Source: a virus
Length of the DNA stretch: 61,002 nt
Reading direction: 5' to 3' (one strand)
Virus record (IMG/VR): IMGVR_UViG_3300028841_000403
Positions 16,919-25,584 of the stretch are shown here, in pieces. Position numbers and translations under genes: made by a program. Under the pieces are notes generated by a model. That model saw only the letters and a program-made list of their open reading frames with translations, was not told the origin of the DNA and did not search any database. Position 1 is the first letter of the stretch; every line of letters begins with the position of its first letter.

Positions 16919-17121
16919 GGTGTCGTCTCCTCTTCGCGGCGTGTCCAGCCCGACTTCCGGGCGCAGGTAGAGCCAAGGCCGCGGTCCTGGCTCTCCGGGG
17001 ATCTCAGGGAGCGCCCGCACCGCAGGCAGCTCATGTAGGTGCCGGGCACCCGCTCGTGCTGCACGGGCTCCTCGGGCATGCCCTCGAAGAGCGGCCTCTG
17101 GAAGGCTGATGGGCGCTGCAT
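16915..17121 (-). CDS. DUF6011-like small protein
   Basis: 68 aa. CLRCGRSLRSPESQDRGLGSTCARK matches the CxxCGRxL..S...G.G..C..K pattern I associate with DUF6011. Confidence 0.5.
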   Translation of the reverse strand: MQRPSAFQRPLFEGMPEEPVQHERVPGTYMSCLRCGRSLRSPESQDRGLGSTCARKSGWTRREEETTP

Positions 17122-17124
17122 GGC

Positions 17125-17517
17125 CTACCGATCCCAGCCCTGGGCAGCGCGGGCTGAGTAGTCGAAGCCTACGCCTCGGCAAACAATCAGATAGTCGGAC
17201 AGCGGCACGCCCATCTTCTCCCCGATGGTCCGCATGCGCTCCACGGTGTCCAAGTCGTCCTTCGTGGGCCTCTTCCGGTCGCTCTCGCCTTCGGCTAGGC
17301 GCCGGTAGACCAGCACGCTGCTTCCAGCGAAATCGCAGAGCGCGAAGGGAAGGCGGAACCGATCCTCCTTGTTTTCGATGGGCGCGTCACGCAACAGGTC
17401 GCCCTTCACGCTCAGCACCAGGACGCCCAGGCTGTGCTTCTCCTTGGTCGCATGGAGATAGGCGAACGCCGTCCGGGGCGTCGTGATCCGTTGACTTGCA
17501 TTGGTCTCAGCGCTCAT
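17125..17517 (-). CDS. RadC-like JAB-domain protein with degenerate metal-binding motif
   Basis: 130 aa. ...GSSVLVYRRLAEGESDRKRPTKDDLDTVERMRTIGEKMGVPLSDYLIVCRG... aligns by eye to the RadC motif AaiIlaHNHPSG..PS..D...T.rl...LgI.llDHiIv. The HxH positions read YRR here. Confidence 0.55.
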   Translation of the reverse strand: MSAETNASQRITTPRTAFAYLHATKEKHSLGVLVLSVKGDLLRDAPIENKEDRFRLPFALCDFAGSSVLVYRRLAEGESDRKRPTKDDLDTVERMRTIGEKMGVPLSDYLIVCRGVGFDYSARAAQGWDR

Positions 17518-17731
17518 CGGCCAGCTCCTCCTCGAAGTTCGTCTCGCCGTCGCTGTCCACCTCGTCCCAGTCCAGGCCCTCGACCTCGCAGAGGTGGCGC
17601 AGGTCCGCCAGCAGATCGCCCACGCTCGTGTAGAGTTCCTCGCTACCCTCGTGGCCCACCTCCTTCCGGTAGAGATTCACCAGGCGGCGGGCCCGAGCCG
17701 CGCGGTCCGCGTTCTTCACGAAGTCAGCCAT
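17507..17731 (-). CDS. Hypothetical acidic protein
   Basis: 74 aa. Start and stop overlap both neighbours. Confidence 0.45.
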   Translation of the reverse strand: MADFVKNADRAARARRLVNLYRKEVGHEGSEELYTSVGDLLADLRHLCEVEGLDWDEVDSDGETNFEEELADER

Positions 17732-18521
17732 TGGGATCCTCCTTGGCGGCCGCCAGCACCTGCAGGAGGTCCTGGGCCGCGTGCTCGGCTGCGGTGGTGA
17801 GCTGGCGGACCCAGGCGCCGCGGGTCGGGCTCCACTTGAAGGCGCTGCGCTTCAGGGCCGTGCGGTCCGCCTCGCAGGGCTTGCCGGGGAAGGTGATGAG
17901 CACGCGGTTCTCGGCGGGGTCCATGACGACCGTGACCGATCCAGCCTTCATCTCGCGCGGGGACAGGTCCCGCCGGCGCTGCTCCAGTTCGGCGATCCGC
18001 AGGCGCAGGCGCCGCATCTCGGCGTTGGCGTTGGACAGGGCGTAGGCCGGGAAGCCCACGCGGCCCATGAAGTCGGGCTCCAACAGGCTCTTGGCGGCGT
18101 CCCCTTCGATCCCCAGCGCGCGGAGGGCTTCCAGGGGGTTCTTGGAGCGCACGGCGCGGTTCGCGGCCTTCATGCGCTCCTGTGAGGCCTCCATGGTGGC
18201 CAGCTTCGCCTGGAGCTTCTCGACGGCCGCCGGGTCGTCGCTGGAGATGCCGTTCAAGCCCACGCCCTCGGCGCGGCGGGCCAGGGCGTCCGCCTTGTCC
18301 CGGAGCTGCTTGGCCTTGCCCAGGCGCCGGGCGATGGAGTGGCGGAACCGGCGGTCCCGCCCCTCGCTGTGGTGCCCCACCAGGATGGGCTGGCCCATGG
18401 GGATGAGGCTCGCGTCCTGGAGCGCGGCCGTCGCCAGCCGGTCGCTGGCGCCCTTGAGGACCGTGGCGCGTTGCAGCAGCCGCTCGCGGCGCTCTTCCTG
18501 CTTCTGCTCGTAGGGGTTCAT
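17724..18521 (-). CDS. DUF3560-like protein
   Basis: 265 aa. ...MGQPILVGHHSEGRDRRFR... and a C-terminal ...ALKRSAFKWSPTRGAWVRQ... resemble DUF3560, a family seen on plasmids, ICEs and phages. Confidence 0.55.
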   Translation of the reverse strand: MNPYEQKQEERRERLLQRATVLKGASDRLATAALQDASLIPMGQPILVGHHSEGRDRRFRHSIARRLGKAKQLRDKADALARRAEGVGLNGISSDDPAAVEKLQAKLATMEASQERMKAANRAVRSKNPLEALRALGIEGDAAKSLLEPDFMGRVGFPAYALSNANAEMRRLRLRIAELEQRRRDLSPREMKAGSVTVVMDPAENRVLITFPGKPCEADRTALKRSAFKWSPTRGAWVRQLTTAAEHAAQDLLQVLAAAKEDPNG

Positions 18522-18862
18522 GAGGCCTTCTCCTGCCGCGCGCCGGAGTTCAGCGCGAGGACTCGCAGCTCACCGCGGGCCAGCTGAGCCAGGCACCCGG
18601 CGTTGTGGGTTTCGGTCTTGTGCCAGCGCCCCCTGCCCCAAACCATCTGGCAGTCCGGGCACTGGAACATGCCGGTGGTGGGTCCCCCGTAGGGCCGGGG
18701 CTCGAGGGCCTGGTCCATCAGCTCGACCACATCCACCAGGCGGTGCAGGGTCGCCGCGTCGGCTCGGCAGGCGTTGTGGTCGGCCTCGGAGCCGTAGACC
18801 TTGCGGAGTCGGACCAGCATGGCCGTGGTGGTGCGGGTGCGGACTTTCGGGATGGGCTGCAT
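18518..18862 (-). CDS. Hypothetical protein (CPDC...H...C motif)
   Basis: 114 aa; a coupled ORF in the same operon. Confidence 0.45.
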   Translation of the reverse strand: MQPIPKVRTRTTTAMLVRLRKVYGSEADHNACRADAATLHRLVDVVELMDQALEPRPYGGPTTGMFQCPDCQMVWGRGRWHKTETHNAGCLAQLARGELRVLALNSGARQEKAS

Positions 18863-18863
18863 C

Positions 18864-19070
18864 TCAGGCCTCCCCTTCGACGGGAAGCAGGTCCGAAAGG
18901 CGCCGCCACGCGGTAAACCCTTCCTGGCCCGGTTCGGCGCAGCGCAGCTTGACGGTCTCCTCGTCCAGGTTGTACTCGACGGGATCCGCGTAGAACTTGA
19001 TGCGCCTTCCGTTGTAACCCTCCGGCGCAGTCACGAATCGCGGAGCGGAGATGAGCTTGTTCGCTTCCAT
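18864..19070 (-). CDS. Hypothetical protein
   Basis: 68 aa; tightly packed between neighbours. Confidence 0.4.
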   Translation of the reverse strand: MEANKLISAPRFVTAPEGYNGRRIKFYADPVEYNLDEETVKLRCAEPGQEGFTAWRRLSDLLPVEGEA

Positions 19071-19073
19071 GGC

Positions 19074-19241
19074 TCAGCTCCCCGACTGGGTGAATTCGAT
19101 TTCGCAGACGCGGCCATCCGCCATCGTCACGATGAGGGATCCGTAGTCACCTTCAGGGGTGCAGTCGCTTCCGCGCTCAATGGATTCCATCTCGAAGTCC
19201 GAGTTCTCCAGCGCCTTCTCGATGATCGTGAGAAAGTCCAT
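19074..19241 (-). CDS. Small hypothetical acidic protein (55 aa, below the track cutoff)
   Basis: My own translation is MDFLTIIEKALENSDFEMESIERGSDCTPEGDYGSLIVTMADGRVCEIEFTQSGS. An AAGGAGG SD lies upstream. Confidence 0.45.
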   Translation of the reverse strand: MDFLTIIEKALENSDFEMESIERGSDCTPEGDYGSLIVTMADGRVCEIEFTQSGS

Positions 19242-19244
19242 GGC

Positions 19245-19742
19245 TCAGGCCTCCTTGGCGAAGAAGCCAGCGCCGACCTCGACGGCCGCGGCCTCTCCGA
19301 GCGCCAGCTTCTCGATGCGGGGCATGGCGCGCGCCACCACGAAGGGGCGCAGCGCCTCCAAGCCGACCTCGCGGAAGCCCAACTGCTCGAAGCGGGCGGG
19401 GCTCTTCGGGCAGACGGTGTAGACGCCATCCTTCTGGTGGCGCACCTCGCCGTTGATGAAGTTCGCGGGCTCCTTGGGAGCGCTCTTCTTCGGGCTCTTG
19501 GCGGGGCTGGGAGGGGCCAGGAGCGCGCGGCCCGCCTCGGTGAGGTGGTAGGAGTAGACCACATCCCCGTTGGGCTCTTCGATTTCGGCCTTCACCACGA
19601 GGCCGTCCTTGACGAAGGCCTTCATGTAGCTGCCGAAGGCGAGGGGCGTCATCTCGAATTGCGCGGCCTGGAGCGAGGTGCGGAGGGCGCTGGCGTCGTC
19701 CAGCTCCTTGAGGAAGAAGGCGGTGTTCGTGGTGGCGTTCAT
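19245..19742 (-). CDS. Hypothetical protein
   Basis: 165 aa; the ORF fills the interval and no family was recognised. Confidence 0.45.
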   Translation of the reverse strand: MNATTNTAFFLKELDDASALRTSLQAAQFEMTPLAFGSYMKAFVKDGLVVKAEIEEPNGDVVYSYHLTEAGRALLAPPSPAKSPKKSAPKEPANFINGEVRHQKDGVYTVCPKSPARFEQLGFREVGLEALRPFVVARAMPRIEKLALGEAAAVEVGAGFFAKEA

Positions 19743-19785
19743 GGTGCGTCTCCTTGGATGGGTTGGGATGGGGTGCGGGACCTGC

Positions 19786-20190
19786 TCAGTCCCAGTAGGG
19801 CTGCGGGCGCACGCCAGCGGGCAGGCCGGCGGCGCGGAGGAGGTAGTAGCGGTAGAACTCCGAGGACGAGGGGATGCTGACGCCCTGGCGCGTCACGCTG
19901 CTGCCGAAGATGCCGCGGAGCGTGGCCTCGTCCTCGGCGCTCAGGTAGCCGAACTCGACGCGGTTGCGGGGCTCAGCGTGAATCTTGATCCAGCCCCAGG
20001 CGGAGCCCGTGCTGTTCTTCACGGTCCAGCTCTTGCCGGTGCGCTCGCGGAGGATCTTCCTGAGCAGCTCGATGGTGGGCTTCGTGTCGGGCCGCTCCGG
20101 GATGATGTAGGCGGTCTTCGGCGCCTCGGCGTCCATCCGATCCAGGATGGCGGCCGCGTGGGGGTGGAGGGCTTCGAGGTGGCTGCACAT
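19786..20190 (-). CDS. Hypothetical protein, first gene of the accessory island
   Basis: 134 aa. It is preceded by a 112-bp AT-rich gap (20191..20302) that contains a TTGACT hexamer on the minus strand. Confidence 0.45.
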   Translation of the reverse strand: MCSHLEALHPHAAAILDRMDAEAPKTAYIIPERPDTKPTIELLRKILRERTGKSWTVKNSTGSAWGWIKIHAEPRNRVEFGYLSAEDEATLRGIFGSSVTRQGVSIPSSSEFYRYYLLRAAGLPAGVRPQPYWD

Positions 20191-20302
20191 GGTGGGCTCC
20201 GTGAGGTGGTGGGAATCGCTACATATCTAATTTCGGCCATTTCTGCCGAAAGTCAAGTATGCCGACAAAGAAAAGTGTCTTTATTTCTTCACTTATGCGA
20301 TT

Positions 20303-20863
20303 TCATCTCTCCATGGCCTTCTCGATGGCCCACTGCGCCAGCCGGAGGATCTCCGCGCGGTCCTTCGTGCTCCAGCCGAGGAAGGGCCGCGGGGGCACGC
20401 CGCTGCGGTCGAACTGCCGCTCGTGCTCCTCAACGACCTTGCCCTTCCGCTGCTTCCGGTTCGTGTATTTGTAGCCGGCGACCACGCGCTTGGTCTGCCC
20501 CATCTTCCCCATGCCGAAGGCGGCGCCGCCGAACTGCTGCACCGGGGCGTACTCGACATTCGTGCCCAGGGCCAGCTCGTGGCGGCTCACATGCCAGTTC
20601 AGCGAGTTGAACATCCGCTGGCTCTCGACCAGGATCCGGTCCTTGTTCTGCTTCTTGTGGAGGATCGTGGCCAGCGCCAGCGGCGCCCATGGCTGGCCGT
20701 CCGGCCCGCGCATCTCGTAGAAGCGCTCCTTCGTCTCGTTCAGCTCGTACTGGCCGATCTGCTTCAGCAGCGGCTCGGGATCCTCCCCCAGGTCCGCGAG
20801 CTGCTTGAAGGCCCTCTCCACCTCGGAGGCCCCCTGCAGGCCGATCTGGAGCTTGATGGGCAC
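20303..20863 (-). CDS. Virion morphogenesis protein (Mu gpG family)
   Basis: 186 aa. ...LLKQIGQYELNETKERFYEMRGPDGQPWAPLALATILHKKQNKDRILVESQRMFNSL... matches the Mu gpG / Phage_tail_S pattern. It follows the gpF-like gene. Confidence 0.75.
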   Translation of the reverse strand: MPIKLQIGLQGASEVERAFKQLADLGEDPEPLLKQIGQYELNETKERFYEMRGPDGQPWAPLALATILHKKQNKDRILVESQRMFNSLNWHVSRHELALGTNVEYAPVQQFGGAAFGMGKMGQTKRVVAGYKYTNRKQRKGKVVEEHERQFDRSGVPPRPFLGWSTKDRAEILRLAQWAIEKAMER

Positions 20864-20865
20864 GG

Positions 20866-21621
20866 CTACTCCTGGGCGATCAGCTTCCGCATGGCCGCGG
20901 GCAGGGAGTCCAGGAAGGCCTGGGCCAGCGGCGAGGGCGTGTCCGCGATCTTCCTGCCCATCACATCCGCGAAGCCCTGGCGCCAGGCATCGCCGACATT
21001 GTGGGCCCAGCCCTCGTCTGGCTTGAAGGCGTCCTTCATCGTCTGCGTCAGCTGCGGGAAGCCCGCGGCCTCCGCCTCCGTCAGCGGTTTCACCCAGCAG
21101 TGGCAGCCGTAGCCGTTCGGAGGGTAGATCGTGCTCCAGACCGGATCCGAGGCCGGGGCCACATACCAGTTCATGGCCTCGTGCGGCGGCCGGTGGTGGA
21201 TGGCGAAGCCGATGCGGTACTGCCAGAAGGGCCGGTCCTCGAGGACGGCCGGATCGCGCATCTGCTCCCAGCGCCCCGCGGCATAGGCCGTGTTCAGGTT
21301 CGTCTCGAAGATGATCTGGCTGCGCCAGGCGCGGTCCCCGGTGTAGTCCCAGCCGTACTTCGTGACGATCTGGTCGAAGTCCTTCTGGAAGGCCTCCAGC
21401 GTGGTGCCGTCCTTGATGGCCTTCTCCACCGCGTCGTAGAAGTCCCGCAGCATGTCCATCTTGGCGGCGCCGGCCACCATGAAGGCGTGGGCGTGCGCCT
21501 CGCCCACCATGTCCCGGTAGCTGTTCGTGGGCATGAACACGCCGTCCTTGCCCTTGAAGAACCGGATCGCGTCCTCGAAGGGGAGGTCGAAGCCCTTGGG
21601 CTTGGCCTGCTTAAACACCAC
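20866..21621 (-). CDS. Minor head protein (Mu gpF / SPP1 gp7 family)
   Basis: 251 aa. ...AWRSQIIFETNLNTAYAAGRWEQM...PPNGYGCHCWV... is the Phage_Mu_F signature. It lies 3' of the portal gene. Confidence 0.8.
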   Translation of the reverse strand: MVFKQAKPKGFDLPFEDAIRFFKGKDGVFMPTNSYRDMVGEAHAHAFMVAGAAKMDMLRDFYDAVEKAIKDGTTLEAFQKDFDQIVTKYGWDYTGDRAWRSQIIFETNLNTAYAAGRWEQMRDPAVLEDRPFWQYRIGFAIHHRPPHEAMNWYVAPASDPVWSTIYPPNGYGCHCWVKPLTEAEAAGFPQLTQTMKDAFKPDEGWAHNVGDAWRQGFADVMGRKIADTPSPLAQAFLDSLPAAMRKLIAQE

Positions 21622-21862
21622 GGGGCACCTCCAGCCGCTCCATCAGGAAGCGCCCGCGCAGGAAGGTGCGTGGGGCGCGGTCCACGATCCGGAGCCGGAA
21701 GACGCTCAGGAGCCCGTGGCTCAGGGCCGTCATGGCGTCCGCGGTGCTCGCGGCCATCACCATGAAGGACGGCTTCGCCTTCTCCCCGAGCTCGATGCGC
21801 ACGCCCTGGGGCACCGGCTGGATCTCGTAGTCCATCCAGCAGTAGAGGGGCGCCTTGGCCAT
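21611..21862 (-). CDS. Small hypothetical protein between portal and gpF-like genes
   Basis: 83 aa from the ATG at 21862 (MAKAPLYCWMDYEIQPVPQG...), immediately after the portal stop at 21864. Confidence 0.4.
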   Translation of the reverse strand: MAKAPLYCWMDYEIQPVPQGVRIELGEKAKPSFMVMAASTADAMTALSHGLLSVFRLRIVDRAPRTFLRGRFLMERLEVPRGV

Positions 21863-21863
21863 C

Positions 21864-23471
21864 TCAGGCGCCCTTGGCGACATCGTACCGGCCCGCCAGG
21901 TGCCCCAGCACCATGGCCTTCTGCATGACCTCCGCGAAGGCCGCGGCGTCCAGCTTCGGGAACGCCTCCAGCAGGCTGTCCCGCAGATCCTCGAGGCTCT
22001 TGGCCTTCTTCACGAGGACGCGGACCTCTTCCACCATGCCGTTGACGCTCGGCGCGGCGGCCGCCACCACCTGCTCGACCCAGGGGATGAGCTTGTCCGG
22101 GCCCTCGGCGCCGGGGATGGCCTCCGCGAACTGCCCCGTGGGCCCGCCGTTGTCCCCCTGCGCGCCCCCTTCCCCGCCCTCGCCCGGCTTCACCGCGACC
22201 TGGCCCCGGACCGTGTTGTCTCCGCCGGGGCCCGCCGCGGGCGTCGGCGCCGCCGGGATGGGCTCCCAGTCCTCGCCGAAGACGCGCTTGACCTCCTCGA
22301 TCTTCGGGCGGTAGCCCACGGCCACCATCTCGTTCCAGGCCGTCGCCGTGGAGGCCTGGTCCACCTTGTCCTCGAAGACGCGCTCCACCGTGGGGATGGC
22401 CGCGCCGGGGAAGTTCAGCTCCGTGATCCAGCGGCAGAGGGTCACATTCAGCGCGCCGCACTGGAGGTCGGCGTCGGCCTTCGTCAGCTCCGTCCGGACC
22501 TCGTTGTGGACCATGCCGAGTGCCTGGCCGCTGCCCGCGCCCTTGTGGTTCGTCGTCATGGTCTCGCCCAGGACCGCCTTGCTGATCTCCTCGTCCAGGT
22601 AGCCCATGATCGTGTGGTAGGCGTCCGTGCCGCTGTGCCCGGCCTCCAGGAAGCTCGGGTTCGCGCCATCGGGGAAGGCCGCCGGCGAGCCCTGCGCGAG
22701 CGAGGCCAGCGCGTTGAGGATCTTCTTCCGCTCCAGCTCAGGCGTGCCCGGCGCGTAGGTGGCCACCGGCGTGGGGGAGGCGTAGCGCTCGAGGAACTGG
22801 AGCCAGAAGGTCATGCCCTGCCGCTTGAACCAGACCGGCCAGTAGAGCTTCAGGCCCAGGCCCAGGCCGTAGGGGTTGCCGATCTTCGAGCCGTAGCTGA
22901 AGACGACGAACTTCCGCGGCGGCAGCTGCTCGCCCTCGTAGAGGTTGTCCCGCGTCAGCAGGCGCAGCTCGTAGCCGCCCTGCGGGCCATCCAGCGCCTT
23001 GAAAACGAAGCGCTCCTGGGGCTTCTGCCGGGCCTCGGCGGCGACGATCCGGTTCCCGCGCCGCTCCCACATGATCTCGGAGACGGAGAAGCCCTTCAGG
23101 ATGCCGTCCAGCATGTTGAGGGTCAGGGAGTCGAAGCCCGGCGCCTGGACCACCACCTCCGAGTTCTGGAGGTAGCCGAGGCCCTCCAGCTGGCGCTGGA
23201 CCTCCTCCGCCGCCAGCTTGTCGATCCGGCGCTTGCCGCCGGGGTTCACACGGAAGGGCCGCGCGATGACGGCCATCTTCCGCTTCTGGAGCACAGCGCC
23301 GGCGTGGCAGTCGTTCTCCACCTTGTCGAAGAGCTCGTAGTTCGTGCGCACGCCGTCGCGGGGGGCGATCACCTCCTGCGGGCGCAGGATCCCCATGTAG
23401 ACGAAGTGGTAGGGATCGTTCCCGATGTTGGCGATTTCGGTTGCGAGGGTGCGGAGGTTCAGACGGGCCAT
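21864..23471 (-). CDS. Portal protein (Mu gpH/gp29, DUF935 family)
   Basis: 535 aa, directly 3' of TerL. MARLNLRTLATEIANIGNDPYHFVYMGILRPQEV...DKVENDCHAGAVLQKRK.... Confidence 0.85.
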   Translation of the reverse strand: MARLNLRTLATEIANIGNDPYHFVYMGILRPQEVIAPRDGVRTNYELFDKVENDCHAGAVLQKRKMAVIARPFRVNPGGKRRIDKLAAEEVQRQLEGLGYLQNSEVVVQAPGFDSLTLNMLDGILKGFSVSEIMWERRGNRIVAAEARQKPQERFVFKALDGPQGGYELRLLTRDNLYEGEQLPPRKFVVFSYGSKIGNPYGLGLGLKLYWPVWFKRQGMTFWLQFLERYASPTPVATYAPGTPELERKKILNALASLAQGSPAAFPDGANPSFLEAGHSGTDAYHTIMGYLDEEISKAVLGETMTTNHKGAGSGQALGMVHNEVRTELTKADADLQCGALNVTLCRWITELNFPGAAIPTVERVFEDKVDQASTATAWNEMVAVGYRPKIEEVKRVFGEDWEPIPAAPTPAAGPGGDNTVRGQVAVKPGEGGEGGAQGDNGGPTGQFAEAIPGAEGPDKLIPWVEQVVAAAAPSVNGMVEEVRVLVKKAKSLEDLRDSLLEAFPKLDAAAFAEVMQKAMVLGHLAGRYDVAKGA

Positions 23472-23479
23472 GGAGGCTC

Positions 23480-24976
23480 CTACGACATCTGGCGGAAGCT
23501 GGCGAGGGTGGCGGACACGCGGCGGTTGGGCAGCACTTCGATGACCGTCTGTTCAGGGGCCGTCTCGTGCATGTATTTGAGGGCCTGGGTCTGCGCGTCC
23601 ACCTGGTCGTCGTTCGTGCCGTTCGGGAAGCTGGCGTGCTCCTCCACGAAGGCTTCGATCCAGGGCGCGTGGTGCTTCTCCGGCAGCCAGATGTTCCCGG
23701 CCCGCCAGAGGGGGGTGACGGCGGCGGCGCGCGCCTCCTTGCTGCCGTGGGGCTCCACGGCGATGATGCCGGGCACATGCTCGCGGAGCGTGTCAATGAC
23801 CGCGATGCCGTTGGCCTTGTCCTCCACGAGGATGGCCGTGGCCAGGGGCCACTTCTCCCGCATGGCCAGCAGCGCGTCTATGGCGCCCGTGAAGGTGAGG
23901 CGCGCCCGCACCTGGTCCAGCAGGAAGCGGTTGGCGCCGCGCGCGCCCCACACCTGGCCCACGGCGAAGTCGGCCTTCTTCGTGTCCTTGAAGTTGAAGT
24001 CCCAGCTCTGGATGACCATTTCGCACTGCTTGAGCTTCTCGGCGGGCGTCTCGGCGTAGCGCTTCTCCATCCAGGCACGCTTGAAGGTGCCGCCCTCCGC
24101 CGGGGCCGGCCGCCCCTGATAGAGGCTGTTCCACTCCCGCTCGCCCACGGCGAGGCGGATGCGCTCCAGGCTCTCGATGTCGAAGTAGTGCTCGCTGGTG
24201 GGCGTGACGGGGTGCGGCCAGAGCGCCTCCCCGATCTCGCGGCCCAGGGCGTCGTCCTCCGTGTCGCAGATCGCCGGGAGGTTCAGCACCTCCCAGCCCT
24301 CGTGCGCCATCTCCTTCTGGACGAAGCCGGCCAGGTCGTCCTCATGCCAGCGGGTCTGGACGATGACCACGGCCCCGGTCTTCATGAGGCGGGTGTAGGC
24401 CGTGGATCGGAACCAGGCCTTCAGCTTCTCCCGCACCACCGGGGAGTCCGCCTCCTCCCGGTTCTTGATGGGGTCGTCAATCAGCAGCAGGTGGGCGCCG
24501 CGGCCCGTGATGGGACCGCCCACGCCCACGCCGAAGTAGACGCCGCCCTTGGGCGTGTGGAACCGGGCCGCGGAGCTGGAGTCCGGCCGCACGCCCGAGC
24601 CGGGGAAGAAGGCCCGGAACCGGGGGTCCGCCATGTCGTTTCGGACCTCGCGCCCGAAGTCCGTGGCCAGGTCCTGCGTGTGGCTGCAGGCGATGATGTA
24701 GCGGGTCGGGTTCCGCCCGAGATACCAGGACGCGAAGGCGCGGGACACCAGCCAGCTCTTCCCGTGGCGGGGCGGCATGGAGATGATGAGCCGCTTGATC
24801 TCCCCCCGCTCCACCGCCTCCAGCTTCTGAGCCAGCAGGGCGTGGTGCGGGGCGATCTCGAATCCGGGGATGACCGCCGTGGCGAACGCCAGCAGGCTCG
24901 CCCGCGCGAACGCGACCGCAGCCTTCCAGCCCGTGGCGGCTTTCCCGATGGCCAGCACCTCACCCTCCGCTGTCAT
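23480..24976 (-). CDS. Terminase large subunit
   Basis: 498 aa from the ATG at 24976. It has a Walker-A-like MPPRHGKSW and later ...VVIVQTRWHEDDLAG... and a nuclease half. The track ORF reaches 25183 by upstream read-through. Confidence 0.88.
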   Translation of the reverse strand: MTAEGEVLAIGKAATGWKAAVAFARASLLAFATAVIPGFEIAPHHALLAQKLEAVERGEIKRLIISMPPRHGKSWLVSRAFASWYLGRNPTRYIIACSHTQDLATDFGREVRNDMADPRFRAFFPGSGVRPDSSSAARFHTPKGGVYFGVGVGGPITGRGAHLLLIDDPIKNREEADSPVVREKLKAWFRSTAYTRLMKTGAVVIVQTRWHEDDLAGFVQKEMAHEGWEVLNLPAICDTEDDALGREIGEALWPHPVTPTSEHYFDIESLERIRLAVGEREWNSLYQGRPAPAEGGTFKRAWMEKRYAETPAEKLKQCEMVIQSWDFNFKDTKKADFAVGQVWGARGANRFLLDQVRARLTFTGAIDALLAMREKWPLATAILVEDKANGIAVIDTLREHVPGIIAVEPHGSKEARAAAVTPLWRAGNIWLPEKHHAPWIEAFVEEHASFPNGTNDDQVDAQTQALKYMHETAPEQTVIEVLPNRRVSATLASFRQMS

Positions 24977-25550
24977 CGGGCTTTCCAGCCGGGCGGGAGG
25001 GCATCGGCACCTGGCCGCCCTTGATGAGGGCCTGCGCCATGGCCACGACCAGCTCGTCGGGGAAGAGAGAGGGAGGCGGCTCGGCGGGGGAGCCGTCCGG
25101 GTTCGTGTTGGCCACCTTCGCCGGCGCGTAGAGCCCCAGCAGCTTGGCCCGGTGGTCCATGACCTTGATGGCCTTCTCCACATGGTTCGGGCTGCCCTGG
25201 CGCGCGTGCGGGAACAGGCCCAGGAACATCGCGTCCAGGCGCTCCAGCTCGACCCGCCGGAGCTCGTCCGCGGGCTCCTGGATGGTCTCCTTCATGGCCC
25301 GCTCGATGGCCTTCTGAGCGCCGCTGGGATCCGCGAAGCCCAGGCGGTCCGCGATCACCTGGTAGCTGGCGCCGGCGATGCGCAGGGTCATGGCCTCGGC
25401 GGCCCGCTGCTTCGCCTCCAGGCGCCGCGTGGAGGTCTTGCTCTCGCCGGGGCGCCGCCGGGGCTTCTTCAGGGGTGCCTTGGCCGGCGCCTCCGCCTTG
25501 CCCTTGCGGGAGGGGCTGGGCGGCTTCTTGTCGGGGGTCGGCTTCGTCAT
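24960..25550 (-). CDS. Terminase small subunit (basic N-terminus plus HTH)
   Basis: 196 aa. Lys/Pro-rich N-terminus, then RIAGASYQVIADRLGFADPSGAQKAIERAMKE (sigma70-r4-like HTH). It overlaps the TerL start by 17 nt. Confidence 0.7.
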   Translation of the reverse strand: MTKPTPDKKPPSPSRKGKAEAPAKAPLKKPRRRPGESKTSTRRLEAKQRAAEAMTLRIAGASYQVIADRLGFADPSGAQKAIERAMKETIQEPADELRRVELERLDAMFLGLFPHARQGSPNHVEKAIKVMDHRAKLLGLYAPAKVANTNPDGSPAEPPPSLFPDELVVAMAQALIKGGQVPMPSRPAGKPDDSGG

Positions 25551-25584
25551 TTAGACACGCGGTGATTGGCCAGAAATGGACACT

